Position numbers and translations under genes: made by a program. Under the pieces are notes generated by a model, which made no database searches, had not been told where the DNA came from, and saw nothing but the letters and a program-made list of their open reading frames with translations. From Holophagales bacterium (GTDB lineage Bacteria > Acidobacteriota > Thermoanaerobaculia > UBA5066), in contig JADJVF010000013.1 of the NCBI GenBank assembly GCA_016716705.1, positions 60,101 through 124,100 of the forward strand: 64,000 nt of DNA. The letters are read 5' to 3'. Positions 1-9,463 of the stretch are shown in pieces (position 1 is the first letter of the stretch; every line of letters begins with the position of its first letter).

Positions 1-51
1 GATCGTGAAGACGACGAGGAGGCGGACGGAGACGAAGACGTGGTCTTTCAC
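1..51 (-). CDS. kdpC: kdpC, potassium-transporting ATPase subunit C (N-terminal fragment only; the gene continues beyond the window start)
   Basis: Reverse strand reads GTG-KDHVFVSVRLLVVFTI..., a hydrophobic N-terminus 11 nt downstream of the kdpB stop, at the position expected for kdpC in a kdpFABC operon. Only 17 codons are visible. Confidence 0.35.
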   Translation of the reverse strand, partial: MKDHVFVSVRLLVVFTI

Positions 52-61
52 GGCAGCTACC

Positions 62-2098
62 TCAGGCGAGCTTCACGGCGACGAGCAGGAGGTCGATCAG
101 CTTGATCCCGACGAACGGCGCGACGAGGCCGCCCAGGCCGTAGATCAGGAGGTTGCGGCGGAGGATCCGCCCCGCGCCGAGCGGTCGGTACGAGACGCCC
201 CGGAGCGCGAGCGGGATCAGGGCGACGATGATGAGCGCGTTGAAGATGACGGCCGAGAGGATCGCGCTCTCGGCCGTCGCGAGCTTCATCACGTTGAGCG
301 CCTGGAGCTGGGGGAACGTCGCGACGAAGAGCGGGGAGGATGGCGAAGTACTTCGCCACGTCGTTCGAGATGGAGAAGGTCGTCAGCGCGCCCCGCGTCA
401 TCAGGAGCTGTTTTCCGATTTCGACGACCTCGATGAGCTTCGTCGGGTTCGAGTCGAGGTCGACCATGTTCCCGGCTTCCTTCGCCGCCTGGGTCCCGGT
501 GTTCATCGCCATCCCGACGTCGGCCTGCGCGAGCGCCGGGGCGTCGTTCGTCCCGTCGCCGGTCATCGCGACGAGGTTCCCCTCGCCTGCTCCTTCCGGA
601 TGAGCGCGAGCTTGTCCTCGGGCGTCGCCTCGGCCAGGAAATCGTCGACGCCGGCCTCCCCGGCGATGCTCGCGGCGGTGAGCGGGTTGTCGCCGGTGAT
701 CATCACCGTCCGGATCCCCATCGCCCGGAGGCGGTCGAACCGCTCCTTCATCCCGCCCTTGACGACGTCCTTGAGATAGATCGTTCCGGCGACCTTCCCG
801 CCATCGGTGACGACGAGCGGCGTTCCGCCCTCGCCGGAGATCCGTGCGACGTCGCGGCGGACCTCGTCGGGGAAGCTCCCGCCCGCGGCCCTCACGAACG
901 CGTCGACCGTGTCGGCCGCCCCCTTCCTCACCTTTCGCCCTCCTTCGAAGTCGAGGCCCGACATCCGCGTCCGGGCGGTGAACGGGACGAAGTGGGCGTG
1001 CAGGTCGCGCAGCTCGCGGCCCCGGATTCCGTGTTTCTCCTTGGCGAGGATGACGATCGAGCGCCCCTCGGGCGTCTCGTCGGCGAGCGAGGCGAGCTGG
1101 GCCAGCTCGGCCAGCTCGCGGGCATCGACACCGGGCGCCGGGAGGAACTCGGCCGCCTGGCGGTTGCCGAGCGTGATCGTTCCCGTCTTGTCGAGGAGGA
1201 GGACGTTCACGTCGCCCGAGGCCTCGACCGCCCGGCCCGACATGGCGAGAACGTTGTGGCGCAGGACGCGGTCCATCCCCGCGATGCCGATGGCCGAGAG
1301 GAGGCCGCCGATCGTCGTCGGGATGAGGCAGACGAGGAGCGCCACGAGGACGGTCGGGGAAAGGTCTCCTCCTCCGTAGAGGGCGAAGGGGCGCAGGGTG
1401 ATCGTCGCGAAGAGGAAGACGATCGTCAGGCCCGCGAGGAGGATGTCGAGAGCAATCTCGTTCGGCGTCTTCTGCCGCTCGGCACCCTCGACGAGCTTGA
1501 TCATCCGGTCGAGGAAGGTCGAGCCGGGCTCGGAGGTGATCTCGACGACGATCCGGTCGGAGAGGACCTTCGTCCCGCCGGTGACCGCCGAACGGTCGCC
1601 TCCCGCCTCGCGGATCACCGGGGCCGACTCGCCGGTGATGGCGGATTCGTCGACCGAGGCGATCCCCTCGACGACGGTCCCGTCGCCCGGAATCAGCTGG
1701 TTCGTCTCGACGACGACGAGGTCGCCCTTGCGGAGCGTGGACGAGGGGATGCTCTCTTCGCGCCGTTCGGGGCCGACGAGCCGCCGCGCGACGGAGTCGG
1801 TCTTCGTCCGGCGGAGCGAATCGGCCTGGGCCTTTCCGCGCCCCTCGGCGACCGCCTCGGCGAAGTTCGCGAAGAGGACCGTCGCCCAGAGCCAGAGGAC
1901 GACCTGGAGCTGGAAGGAGAACGACCCGCGCGTCCCGACCCCGAGGAGGGCGAGCGTCGCGAGGACGGCGCCGGCCTCGACGACGAACATGACGGGGTTC
2001 CTCGCCATGTGGCGCGGGTGGAGCTTGCGGAAGGAGTCGGCCGCGGCCCGCGTGAGGAGGGCGCGGTCGAGCAGCTTGATCTCGGAGGGTTTGGTCAT
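62..2098 (-). CDS. kdpB: kdpB, potassium-transporting P-type ATPase catalytic subunit B; the reading frame is broken by two apparent 1-bp indels (near 292 and near 575), probably assembly errors
   Basis: Three consecutive minus-strand ORF pieces (563-2098, 57-566, 62-292) together give a complete KdpB. They carry the DKTGTIT phosphorylation motif, [18 protein letters not shown] and the C-terminal membrane helices. Around 575 the correct frame would read [18 protein letters not shown]. Confidence 0.85.
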
Positions 2099-2108
2099 CG
2101 GTTCCGCC

Positions 2109-3818
2109 TCAGAACGTCCGGCCCGCGGCCATCAACAGGTGCTCGACGACCGGACCGAGGGAGAGGACGGGAAAGAAGGTGAGAGCCCCGACGACGAGGA
2201 TCACGCCGGCGAGGAGGAGGGTGAAGAGAGGGCCGTCGACGGGAAAGGTCCCGGCCGACTCCGCCTGCCTCTTCTTCGCCGCGAGCGACCCGGCCATCCC
2301 GAGGATCGGGACGATCATCAGGAACCGCCCGAAGAACATCGAAAGGCCGAGGAGGACGTTGTAGAAGTTCGTGTTCGCGTTGAGCCCCGCGAAGGCGCTG
2401 CCGTTGTTCCCGGCCGCGCTCGTGAAGGCGTAGAGGGCTTCCGAGAGGCCGTGGGGGCCGGCGTTCGCGAGGCTCGAAAGGCCGTCCTTCGTCGTGACGG
2501 CGGCCGCCGTCCCGACGAGGATGCAGAACGTCAGGACGAGGACGGCGAGCATCGCGAGCTTCACCTCCGCCCCTTCGATCTTCTTGCCGAGGTACTCGGG
2601 CGTCCGGCCCACCATCAGGCCTGCGATGAAGACCGAGAGGACGACGAAGACGAAGACGCCGTAGAGGCCCGCGCCGACGCCGCCGAAGATCACCTCGCCG
2701 AGCTGGATGTTGACGAGGGGGACGAGGCCGCCGAGGGGCGTGAAGGAGTCGTGCATCCCGTTCACGGCGCCGCACGACGCGGCCGTCGTGACCGTGGCGA
2801 AGAGGGCGGTGTCGCCCGCGCCGAAGCGGACCTCCTTGCCCTCCATGTTCCCGGCCACGGCGTCGACCCCGGCGGCGTGATGGATCGGGTTGCCCCGCGT
2901 CTCGGCCCAGGCCGTGACGCCTGCGCCGGCGAGGAACAGAAGGCTCATGGCGCCGAAGACCGCCCAGCCGTGGCGGAGCTTGCCGGTCATCGAGCCGAGC
3001 GTGTACGTCAGCCCCGCCGGGATCGCGAAGATGAGGAGCATCTCGAGCAGGTTCGTGGCGGGGGTGGGGTTCTCGTACGGGTGGGCGGAGTTGGCGTTGA
3101 AGAAGCCGCCGCCGTTCGTGCCGAGCATCTTGATCGCCTCCTGCGAGGCGACCGGGCCGAGAGGAACCGTCTGCGTCGCGCCGTCGAGCGTCGTGATCTT
3201 CGCCGAGGCCGAGAAGCTCTGGACGACGCCCTGCGACATCAGGACGACCGCGGCGACGAGCGAGATGGGAAGGAGGACCCAGAGGGTCGAGCGGGTCAGG
3301 TCGACCCAGAAGTTGCCGAGGGTCTTCGACTCGGCGCGGGCGATCCCGCGGATCACCGCGACCGCGATGGCGATGCCGGTCGCGGCCGAGAGGAAGTTGT
3401 GGAGGGCGAGCGCCGCCATCTGGGTCAGGTGCGACATCGTCGCCTCGCCCACGTACGCCTGCCAGTTCGTGTTCGTGACGAAGGAGATCGCCGTGTTCCA
3501 GGCGAGGGCGGGCGGGACGGCGGGGAGGTGGTCGGGGTTCAGCGGCAGGAGACCCTGGAGGCGCTCGACGGCGTAGACGCCGAGGACGCCGAGGACGGAG
3601 AAGGCGATCAGGGAGGCGGCGTACGCCTTCCAGTCCTGCTCCTTCTTCGCGTCCACGCCGCCCAGCCGGTACACGAGACGCTCCAGGGGCCCGAGGACGG
3701 GGTCGAGAAACGTCTTTTCGCCAGAGAAGACCCGGCGCATGTAGAGGCCGAGGGGCTTCGTCACGGCGAGGACGAGAAGGAAGAAGACGGCGATCTTCAG
3801 GAACGCGAGGGCGGTCAC
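2109..3818 (-). CDS. kdpA: kdpA, potassium-transporting ATPase subunit A (K+ channel-like subunit)
   Basis: The 569-aa polytopic membrane protein has a typical KdpA N-terminus ([19 protein letters not shown]..) and [20 protein letters not shown] selectivity-filter-like segments. Its stop is 11 nt before the kdpB start. Confidence 0.9.
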   Translation of the reverse strand: MTALAFLKIAVFFLLVLAVTKPLGLYMRRVFSGEKTFLDPVLGPLERLVYRLGGVDAKKEQDWKAYAASLIAFSVLGVLGVYAVERLQGLLPLNPDHLPAVPPALAWNTAISFVTNTNWQAYVGEATMSHLTQMAALALHNFLSAATGIAIAVAVIRGIARAESKTLGNFWVDLTRSTLWVLLPISLVAAVVLMSQGVVQSFSASAKITTLDGATQTVPLGPVASQEAIKMLGTNGGGFFNANSAHPYENPTPATNLLEMLLIFAIPAGLTYTLGSMTGKLRHGWAVFGAMSLLFLAGAGVTAWAETRGNPIHHAAGVDAVAGNMEGKEVRFGAGDTALFATVTTAASCGAVNGMHDSFTPLGGLVPLVNIQLGEVIFGGVGAGLYGVFVFVVLSVFIAGLMVGRTPEYLGKKIEGAEVKLAMLAVLVLTFCILVGTAAAVTTKDGLSSLANAGPHGLSEALYAFTSAAGNNGSAFAGLNANTNFYNVLLGLSMFFGRFLMIVPILGMAGSLAAKKRQAESAGTFPVDGPLFTLLLAGVILVVGALTFFPVLSLGPVVEHLLMAAGRTF

Positions 3819-3819
3819 T

Positions 3820-3909
3820 TCAGAGCCTCTCCGGTTTCAGGAGCGCATAGAGGAGATAGGCGAGCGCCAGTGCCGACACGACGAGACCGAGGGCGGACTC
3901 AGCGCTCAT
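3820..3909 (-). CDS. kdpF: kdpF, small hydrophobic KdpF subunit (29 aa)
   Basis: Manual translation gives MSAESALGLVVSALALAYLLYALLKPERL. Its stop overlaps the kdpA GTG start. The L-Y-A-L-(K/I)-P-E motif matches the KdpF consensus. Confidence 0.6.
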   Translation of the reverse strand: MSAESALGLVVSALALAYLLYALLKPERL

Positions 3910-4356
3910 CGAGGTCCTCTTGGAGAAGGGCAGCGCAGCCGCGGACATAGAGGAGCGCGAGCCCTCCGAGGAGGAGAGTCGCGAGGATGAACAGGGCGTC
4001 GGTCATCGGGCGTTCTCTTCGGGAACGGGCCCTTCGGGCGCGCTCAAAGCCGGTCGCCCGGCTTCGTCCCGGAAGTTTCGACGACGAAGAAGAGCGCTGA
4101 GACGGCGAGGAGGACGAGGAGGGTGGTCATGGGGGTCTCCTTCCGAGGGGAAGGTGCCCCCGCGCGCGTCAAGAAGTCCGGAAGGGGGGCGAAAGAAAGC
4201 CCAAAGAAGGGCCGGTGAGAGGCAGGGCGAGGCGCGTGGCCGGGAGGCGACGGCCGGGACCTAAAGAAAGGCTAAAGATCCGTCCGCCGGAAGCCCGCCG
4301 GAGGGCCTGAGACCTTCCGCGAGGCCGCACCCGGCCGGTAGAGTGGTCGGCCGGTC

Positions 4357-6345
4357 ATGTCAATCTTCCAGGCCGCGCGCCGACTCGTCATCGGGAAGAG
4401 CCGCGACCCGCTCGACCCCAGGGTCTTCCATCACCTCTCCCTCGCCGCTTTCCTCGCCTGGGTCGGCCTCGGAGCCGACGGCCTCTCCTCGTCCTGCTAT
4501 GGCCCGGAAGAGGCGTTCATCACCCTGGGGGAGCACAGCCACCTCGCGGTGTTCCTCGCGATCGCCATGATGGTGACGATCGCCGTCATCTCCGCCTCGT
4601 ACGCCCAGATCATTTCCCTGTTCCCCTCCGGCGGCGGCGGCTACCTCGTCGCGACGAGCCTCCTCGGCCGGGGAGCGGGGGTCGTCTCGGGCTCGGCACT
4701 CGTCGTCGACTACGCGATGACGATCGCGATGCAGGTGGCGGCCTCGGTCGCGGCGCTCTGCTCGCTCGCGCCGAGGGTCGTGCCGCAGAAGGAGCAGCTC
4801 GTCCTCGCGCTGATCCTCGTCACCTTCCTCATCATCCTGAACCTCCGAGGGGTGAAGGAGTCCGTCCTCGTCCTGGTGCCCATCTTTCTCCTCTTCCTGG
4901 TGACGCACGTCCTCCTCGTCGCCTTCGGAATCGGCAGCCACGCTTCGGCGATGCCCGAGGTCGTGGCGGCGACGGCCCGGGAGACCCGCGAGACGTGGAC
5001 GGCGCTCGGGGCTTTCGGAACGCTGGCCCTCCTCCTCCGAGCCTTCTCGATGGGCGGCGGAACCTACACGGGAATCGAGGCGATCTCGAACGGGCTCCAG
5101 ATCCTGAAGGAACCTCGCGTCCAGACGGGTCGCCGGACGATGCTCTACATGGCGGTCTCGCTCTCCCTCACGGCGGGAGGGCTGATCCTCTGCTACCTCC
5201 TGGCCGGAGTGCATCGCGTCCCGGGCCGGACGCTCAACGCGGTCCTGACGGAGAAGCTGGCGACCGAGGCTCTCGGGCCGGGCTCGCTGGCGGGCGGATT
5301 CCTCCTCCTGACGCTCGTCGCCGAGGGTGCGCTCCTCTTCGTCGGGGCCCAGGCCGGGTTCCTCGACGGGCCCCGGGTCCTTTCGAACATGGCGATCGAC
5401 TCGTGGGTCCCGCACCGGTTCAGCCTGCTCTCGGACCGGCTCGTGACGCAGAACGGGATCCTGGTCATGGGGGGGGCCGCGATCGGGATCCTGCTCTACA
5501 CGGGCGGGTCGATCGACGTGATCGTCGTCATGTACTCGATCAACGTCTTCCTCACCTTCAGCCTCTCGCAGCTCGGCATGTGCGTCCACTGGTGGAAGGT
5601 GAGGCGGGAGGACCCGAACTGGAAGCGTCACCTCGCGATCAACGGCCTCGGCCTCTCGCTCACGAGCACCCTCCTGGCGGCCACCGTGATGATGAAGTTC
5701 CGCGCGGGAGGGTGGGTGACGGTCCTGATCACGGGTTCCGTCGTGGGGCTCTGCGTCCTCGTGAGGAAGCACTACAGCTCGCTCCGGCTGCTGCTGAAGC
5801 GGACGGACGACGTCCTGACGACCCTCCGGCCGCCGAAGCCGCGCGACTCCGGTTCGTTCCCGAAGATCGAGCCGCCGAAACGCGGGACGCCGACGGCCGT
5901 CTTTCTCGTCTCCGGCTTCAACGGGCTCGGGATGCACTCCTTCCTGAACGTCCAGCGCTACTTCCCGGGCTACTTCAAGCACTGCATCTTCCTGTCGGTC
6001 GGCGTCGTCGATTCGTCCAGCTTCAAGGGCGCGCGCGAGCTCGAGAACCTCCGGAAGGAGACCGAGCGGGACCTCGTCCGCTACGTCGAGTTCGCGCGCG
6101 GCAACGGCCTGGCAGCGGAGCACCATCTCTCCGTCGGCACGGACCTCCTCGACGAGCTCGTCGACCTCTGCCGGCAGGTCCGGGGCGACTGGGACCGGCC
6201 GATCTTCTTCATGTCGAAGCTCGTCTTCCCCCAGGAGAACGCCCTGAACCGGCTCCTCCACAACCAGACGCCGTTCGCCCTCCAGCGACGCCTCCAGATG
6301 GAGGGGATGCACTCGGTGATCATGCCGATCCAGTCGGAGGTCTGA
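4357..6345 (+). CDS. APC-superfamily transporter with a ~200-aa C-terminal cytoplasmic domain; KimA-like putative K+ importer
   Basis: The 662-aa protein has ~12 TM helices in the first ~450 aa (GGGGYLVATSLLGRGAGVVSGSALVVDYAMT...) followed by a soluble tail. This is the architecture of KimA (YdaO)-type K+ transporters. It lies between kdpFABC and kdpDE. Confidence 0.6.
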   Translation: MSIFQAARRLVIGKSRDPLDPRVFHHLSLAAFLAWVGLGADGLSSSCYGPEEAFITLGEHSHLAVFLAIAMMVTIAVISASYAQIISLFPSGGGGYLVATSLLGRGAGVVSGSALVVDYAMTIAMQVAASVAALCSLAPRVVPQKEQLVLALILVTFLIILNLRGVKESVLVLVPIFLLFLVTHVLLVAFGIGSHASAMPEVVAATARETRETWTALGAFGTLALLLRAFSMGGGTYTGIEAISNGLQILKEPRVQTGRRTMLYMAVSLSLTAGGLILCYLLAGVHRVPGRTLNAVLTEKLATEALGPGSLAGGFLLLTLVAEGALLFVGAQAGFLDGPRVLSNMAIDSWVPHRFSLLSDRLVTQNGILVMGGAAIGILLYTGGSIDVIVVMYSINVFLTFSLSQLGMCVHWWKVRREDPNWKRHLAINGLGLSLTSTLLAATVMMKFRAGGWVTVLITGSVVGLCVLVRKHYSSLRLLLKRTDDVLTTLRPPKPRDSGSFPKIEPPKRGTPTAVFLVSGFNGLGMHSFLNVQRYFPGYFKHCIFLSVGVVDSSSFKGARELENLRKETERDLVRYVEFARGNGLAAEHHLSVGTDLLDELVDLCRQVRGDWDRPIFFMSKLVFPQENALNRLLHNQTPFALQRRLQMEGMHSVIMPIQSEV

Positions 6346-6352
6346 GAAACCG

Positions 6353-7054
6353 TCAGTCCGGGAGCGGCTCGGCGACGAACCTGTAGCCGACCCACGGCTC
6401 CGTGACGACGTAGCGGGGCGTGGCCGGGTCGGGCTCGAGCTTCTTCCGCATCGTCCCGACGTGGACGCGGACGACGTCGACCGTCGTTCCCGGAGCCCCC
6501 TTCCAGACGCGCGCGATGATCCGCGCCGTCGTCACCGGCTTCCCGGCGTTCGTCGCGAGGAGCTCGAGGATGGCGAACTCGGTCGGCGTGAGCTTCACCT
6601 CGCGACCTTCCTGGACGACGCGCCGCCGTTCGAGGTCGATCGAGAGGCCGTCGAACTCGAGGACGGTCCGGGCCGGAACGGCGCCGCTCCGTCGGAGCTG
6701 GGCGCGGAGCCGGGCGAGGAGCTCCGGGACCGAGAATGGCTTCGTGACGAAGTCGTCGGCGCCGAGGTCGAGGGCCCGGATCTTGTCGACGTCCGCGCCG
6801 CGGACGGAGAGGACGACGATGGGCGTCGCACCGGCCCTGCGGATTCCGCGGATCAGCTCGAAGCCGTCCGCGACGGGCATGGCGAGGTCGGTGAGGACGA
6901 GGTCCGGCGCCCCCTGTCCGAAGAGCGCGAGGCCCTGGCGGCCCTCGGGCGCCTCGAGGACCTCGTAGCCCGCTTCGGTCAATTCGGCAGCGAGACCCTT
7001 GCGGATCGTGGGGTCGTCCTCGACCACGAGGATGCAGGCGCTCGTCCGGATCAC
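6353..7054 (-). CDS. kdpE: kdpE, OmpR-family response regulator
   Basis: It has a receiver domain (ILVVEDDPTIRKGL...DLVLTDLAMP) and a winged-helix trans_reg_C domain (...RYVVTEPWVGYRF). A GTG start at 7054 overlaps the kdpD stop by 4 bp. The long upstream extension in the ORF track is a GC-rich read-through artefact. Confidence 0.85.
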   Translation of the reverse strand: MIRTSACILVVEDDPTIRKGLAAELTEAGYEVLEAPEGRQGLALFGQGAPDLVLTDLAMPVADGFELIRGIRRAGATPIVVLSVRGADVDKIRALDLGADDFVTKPFSVPELLARLRAQLRRSGAVPARTVLEFDGLSIDLERRRVVQEGREVKLTPTEFAILELLATNAGKPVTTARIIARVWKGAPGTTVDVVRVHVGTMRKKLEPDPATPRYVVTEPWVGYRFVAEPLPD

Positions 7055-8550
7055 GTCTCCACCCCTTCGACGGGCGTTGCGGCCGGCAGGTCTACCCTCG
7101 CGATCGTCCCGCCACCGGGGCGCGGATGCAACGACATGTGGCCGCCGTTCGCGGCGGCGAGGCCGCGCGCGATCTCGAGGCCCAGGCCCCTTCGGGCGAC
7201 GTCTGCCGGATCGCCGTCCGTTCCGGGACGGACTTCGGGGGCGACGCCGGGACCCCGATCGGCGACCTCGAGACGTACGAGGCGGGGCTCGACCGGGTGC
7301 CGGGCCGCCGTCAGCTCGATCGCCGTCCCCTCGGGCGCGGCCCGGGCGGCGTTCTCGACGAGGTTGACGAGGACCTCGACGACGAGGGACGGGTCGGCGA
7401 ATGCGTCGGGGCAGTCCGCCGCGATCGAGACGTGTACGGGGTGCGCGACGAGGACGAGAGAGAGCCCTTCCCTGGCCGCCCGAAAGAGGTCCGCCGGAGG
7501 GGTCGGCTCCGCGTGGGGAACGCTCCGTCCCGCTTCCAGGCGTGCCAGCGCGAGGAGGTTGTCGATCCGGCGAGCGAGGCGGCCGCTCTCTCGCGCGAGG
7601 TCGTCGAGCGCCGTCCGGGCTTCGGCCTGGCCGGCGAGCCGGCGCCTCAGGCTCTCGATCGAGAGTCCGATCGCCGTCAGGGGGCTCCGGAGATCGTGCG
7701 AGACGGCGCGCAGGAGGGAGGTCTTCAGGCTCTCGCTCTGGCGGAGGGCCTCGAGGTGGGCGTTCTCCACGAGAAAACGCTCCCGCTCGATGGCGAGGGC
7801 GACGAGCCGGGCGACCGGGTCGAGCACCGTCCGGCCCGCGTGCGTCTCGAGAACGACGAGGACGCCGCTCGCCTTCCCGCCGACGAGGAGCGGAAAGTAG
7901 ACGTCGCGCGCGCCGCCGGGTGCCGGCACCTCCGCGGACTCTCCCCGGTCGAGAACGACCTGGACGAGGCGCTCGTGCTCGGGAGCCAGGCTGCGTCCGG
8001 ACCACGAGACGACCGTCGGCCGATTGCTCCCCTCGGCGTTCTCGAGAAGCCCGCCGCCCCCGGCGCCGACGGAACGGAGAGCCCTCGCGGCCGCTTCGCC
8101 GAGGACGCCGACGCGATTCGTCGTCGTGAAGAGGTCGATCGAGAGGTCGTAGAGGACCTCGATCTCCCTGCGCCGCCTCAGGGCGTCGGCGGCCTGCTCG
8201 CGCGCCTGGAGGACGAGCCGGCTCACGACGACCGCCACGATCAGGAAGCAGAAGAGCGCGACCCAGTTCGCGGGCTCGGCGATCGTGAACGTGTGAAGGG
8301 GCGGGAGGAAGAAGAAGTTGAAGGCGAGCGTCGCGGCGAAGGCGCCGATCACCGCGGCGCGCAGCCCTCGCGCGAGGGCGATGCCGAGGACGACCACCAG
8401 GAGGACCAGGCCGGCGGTCGTCGAGTTCAGGTCGATCAGCCTGACGAGGGCCGTGGATCCACCCACGGCGAGGAGCGCGACGGCAAGGTCCGCGACGGCT
8501 GCAGGAAGCCATCCGGTGCCCGGTCGCGGTTCCTGGGGCATGGTTTCCAC
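7051..8550 (-). CDS. kdpD: kdpD-like sensor histidine kinase, short form lacking the N-terminal KdpD/Usp sensor domains
   Basis: The 499-aa protein begins with the 4-TM region (DUF4118-like), then a GAF-like segment, a HisKA H-box (LRAVSHDLRSPLTAI) and a HATPase_c domain (GLGLEIARGLAAANGG). It overlaps kdpE by 4 bp. Confidence 0.8.
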   Translation of the reverse strand: METMPQEPRPGTGWLPAAVADLAVALLAVGGSTALVRLIDLNSTTAGLVLLVVVLGIALARGLRAAVIGAFAATLAFNFFFLPPLHTFTIAEPANWVALFCFLIVAVVVSRLVLQAREQAADALRRRREIEVLYDLSIDLFTTTNRVGVLGEAAARALRSVGAGGGGLLENAEGSNRPTVVSWSGRSLAPEHERLVQVVLDRGESAEVPAPGGARDVYFPLLVGGKASGVLVVLETHAGRTVLDPVARLVALAIERERFLVENAHLEALRQSESLKTSLLRAVSHDLRSPLTAIGLSIESLRRRLAGQAEARTALDDLARESGRLARRIDNLLALARLEAGRSVPHAEPTPPADLFRAAREGLSLVLVAHPVHVSIAADCPDAFADPSLVVEVLVNLVENAARAAPEGTAIELTAARHPVEPRLVRLEVADRGPGVAPEVRPGTDGDPADVARRGLGLEIARGLAAANGGHMSLHPRPGGGTIARVDLPAATPVEGVET

Positions 8551-8629
8551 GCGGCGTCTCCGACGGCGATCTTACGGCTCGACACCTCGCCCGCGCCGCA
8601 TTGCTCCTGTGTCACGATGTCGGCGGACC

Positions 8630-9061
8630 ATGCCCGACCCCATCGACGTCACCGCCACCGTTCGGATCCCCGCCTCGGCCCTCGAGGCGCGCGGCGTCCG
8701 CTCGGGCGGGCCCGGCGGCCAGAACGTCAACAAGGTCGCGTCGAGGGCCGAGCTGCTCGTCGACCTCGCCCTCGTCGAGGGGCTCGACGAAGGGGCGCGG
8801 CTCCGCCTCGCCGCGCTCGCCGAGGGGCGCCGCGACGCGGAAGGGCGGCTGCGCGTGACGGCGGGGGAGAGCCGGGACTTCCACCGGAACCTCGAGACGG
8901 CGCGGGAGAAGGTGCGTGCCCTCGTCGCGAAGGCGCTCGTCGTCCCGAAGCGGCGCCGCCCCACGCGCCCTTCGGCCGGCTCGCGCGAGCGGCGGATCGA
9001 CGGCAAGAAGCGGGACGCGAAGGTGAAGCGGACCCGCGCGACGCCCCGCGGCGACGAGTAG
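8630..9061 (+). CDS. arfB: arfB (yaeJ), alternative ribosome-rescue factor B / peptidyl-tRNA hydrolase
   Basis: The 143-aa protein has a GGQ motif (SGGPGGQNVNKV) and a basic C-terminal tail (KRRRPTRPSAGSRERRIDGKKRDAKVKRTR) typical of ArfB. Confidence 0.85.
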   Translation: MPDPIDVTATVRIPASALEARGVRSGGPGGQNVNKVASRAELLVDLALVEGLDEGARLRLAALAEGRRDAEGRLRVTAGESRDFHRNLETAREKVRALVAKALVVPKRRRPTRPSAGSRERRIDGKKRDAKVKRTRATPRGDE

Positions 9062-9064
9062 GCC

Positions 9065-9454
9065 CTACCTTCCGGCGATCTCCCGCCGCGTGATCGGCGT
9101 CGGCCGTCGTCCCTCGTCGACGTTGACGTAGACGATCTCGGCCTCCGTCACCTTCACGGCGCCCTCGGTGCTCCGCCAGCGCTGGGCTTCGACGGTCACC
9201 TTGACGGTGACCGAGGTGTTCCCGATCCGGACGACGTCGGCGTAGAACGACACGAGGTCGCCGACGAAGACCGGCTCGTGGAAGACGACCTCGGTCATCT
9301 TCACCGTGACCATCAGGTCGCAGTGGGCCCGGGCGGCGACGGCGCCGGCGAGGTCGAGGTGCGACAGCAGGACGCCTCCGAAGATCGTGCCGTGGGCGTT
9401 CGTGTCCTTCGGCATGAGGGTGACCCGGATGGCGGGGCTGCGTCCGTCGTTCAT
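9065..9454 (-). CDS. acyl-CoA thioester hydrolase, YciA/hotdog-fold family
   Basis: The 129-aa protein MNDGRSPAIRVTLMPKDTNAHGTIFGGVLLSHLDLAGAVAA... has a hotdog thioesterase signature. It is the last 129 codons of a long artefactual ORF. Confidence 0.75.
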   Translation of the reverse strand: MNDGRSPAIRVTLMPKDTNAHGTIFGGVLLSHLDLAGAVAARAHCDLMVTVKMTEVVFHEPVFVGDLVSFYADVVRIGNTSVTVKVTVEAQRWRSTEGAVKVTEAEIVYVNVDEGRRPTPITRREIAGR

Positions 9455-9463
9455 GGCGCGATT

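Noticed and set aside
992-3950. Long ORFs on the opposite strand of kdpB/kdpA (992-2182 plus, 1398-3950 plus, 2095-2775 minus). The same pattern occurs throughout the window, for example 4360-6312 minus, 7126-9093 plus, 9065-10753 minus (upstream part), 14914-15747 minus, 21546-22535 minus, 36660-39173 plus, 40970-43924 minus and 44412-45992 minus.
   Set aside because: At 70 % GC, stop codons are rare in every frame. These ORFs have Arg/Pro/Gly/Asp-rich junk composition, no recognisable domains, and overlap well-supported genes on the other strand or frame.
4130-4356. c-di-AMP (ydaO-type) riboswitch upstream of the KimA-like transporter or in the kdp leader.
   Set aside because: The association is biologically plausible, but I could not recognise the pseudo-symmetric ydaO consensus by eye. 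It needs cmsearch.
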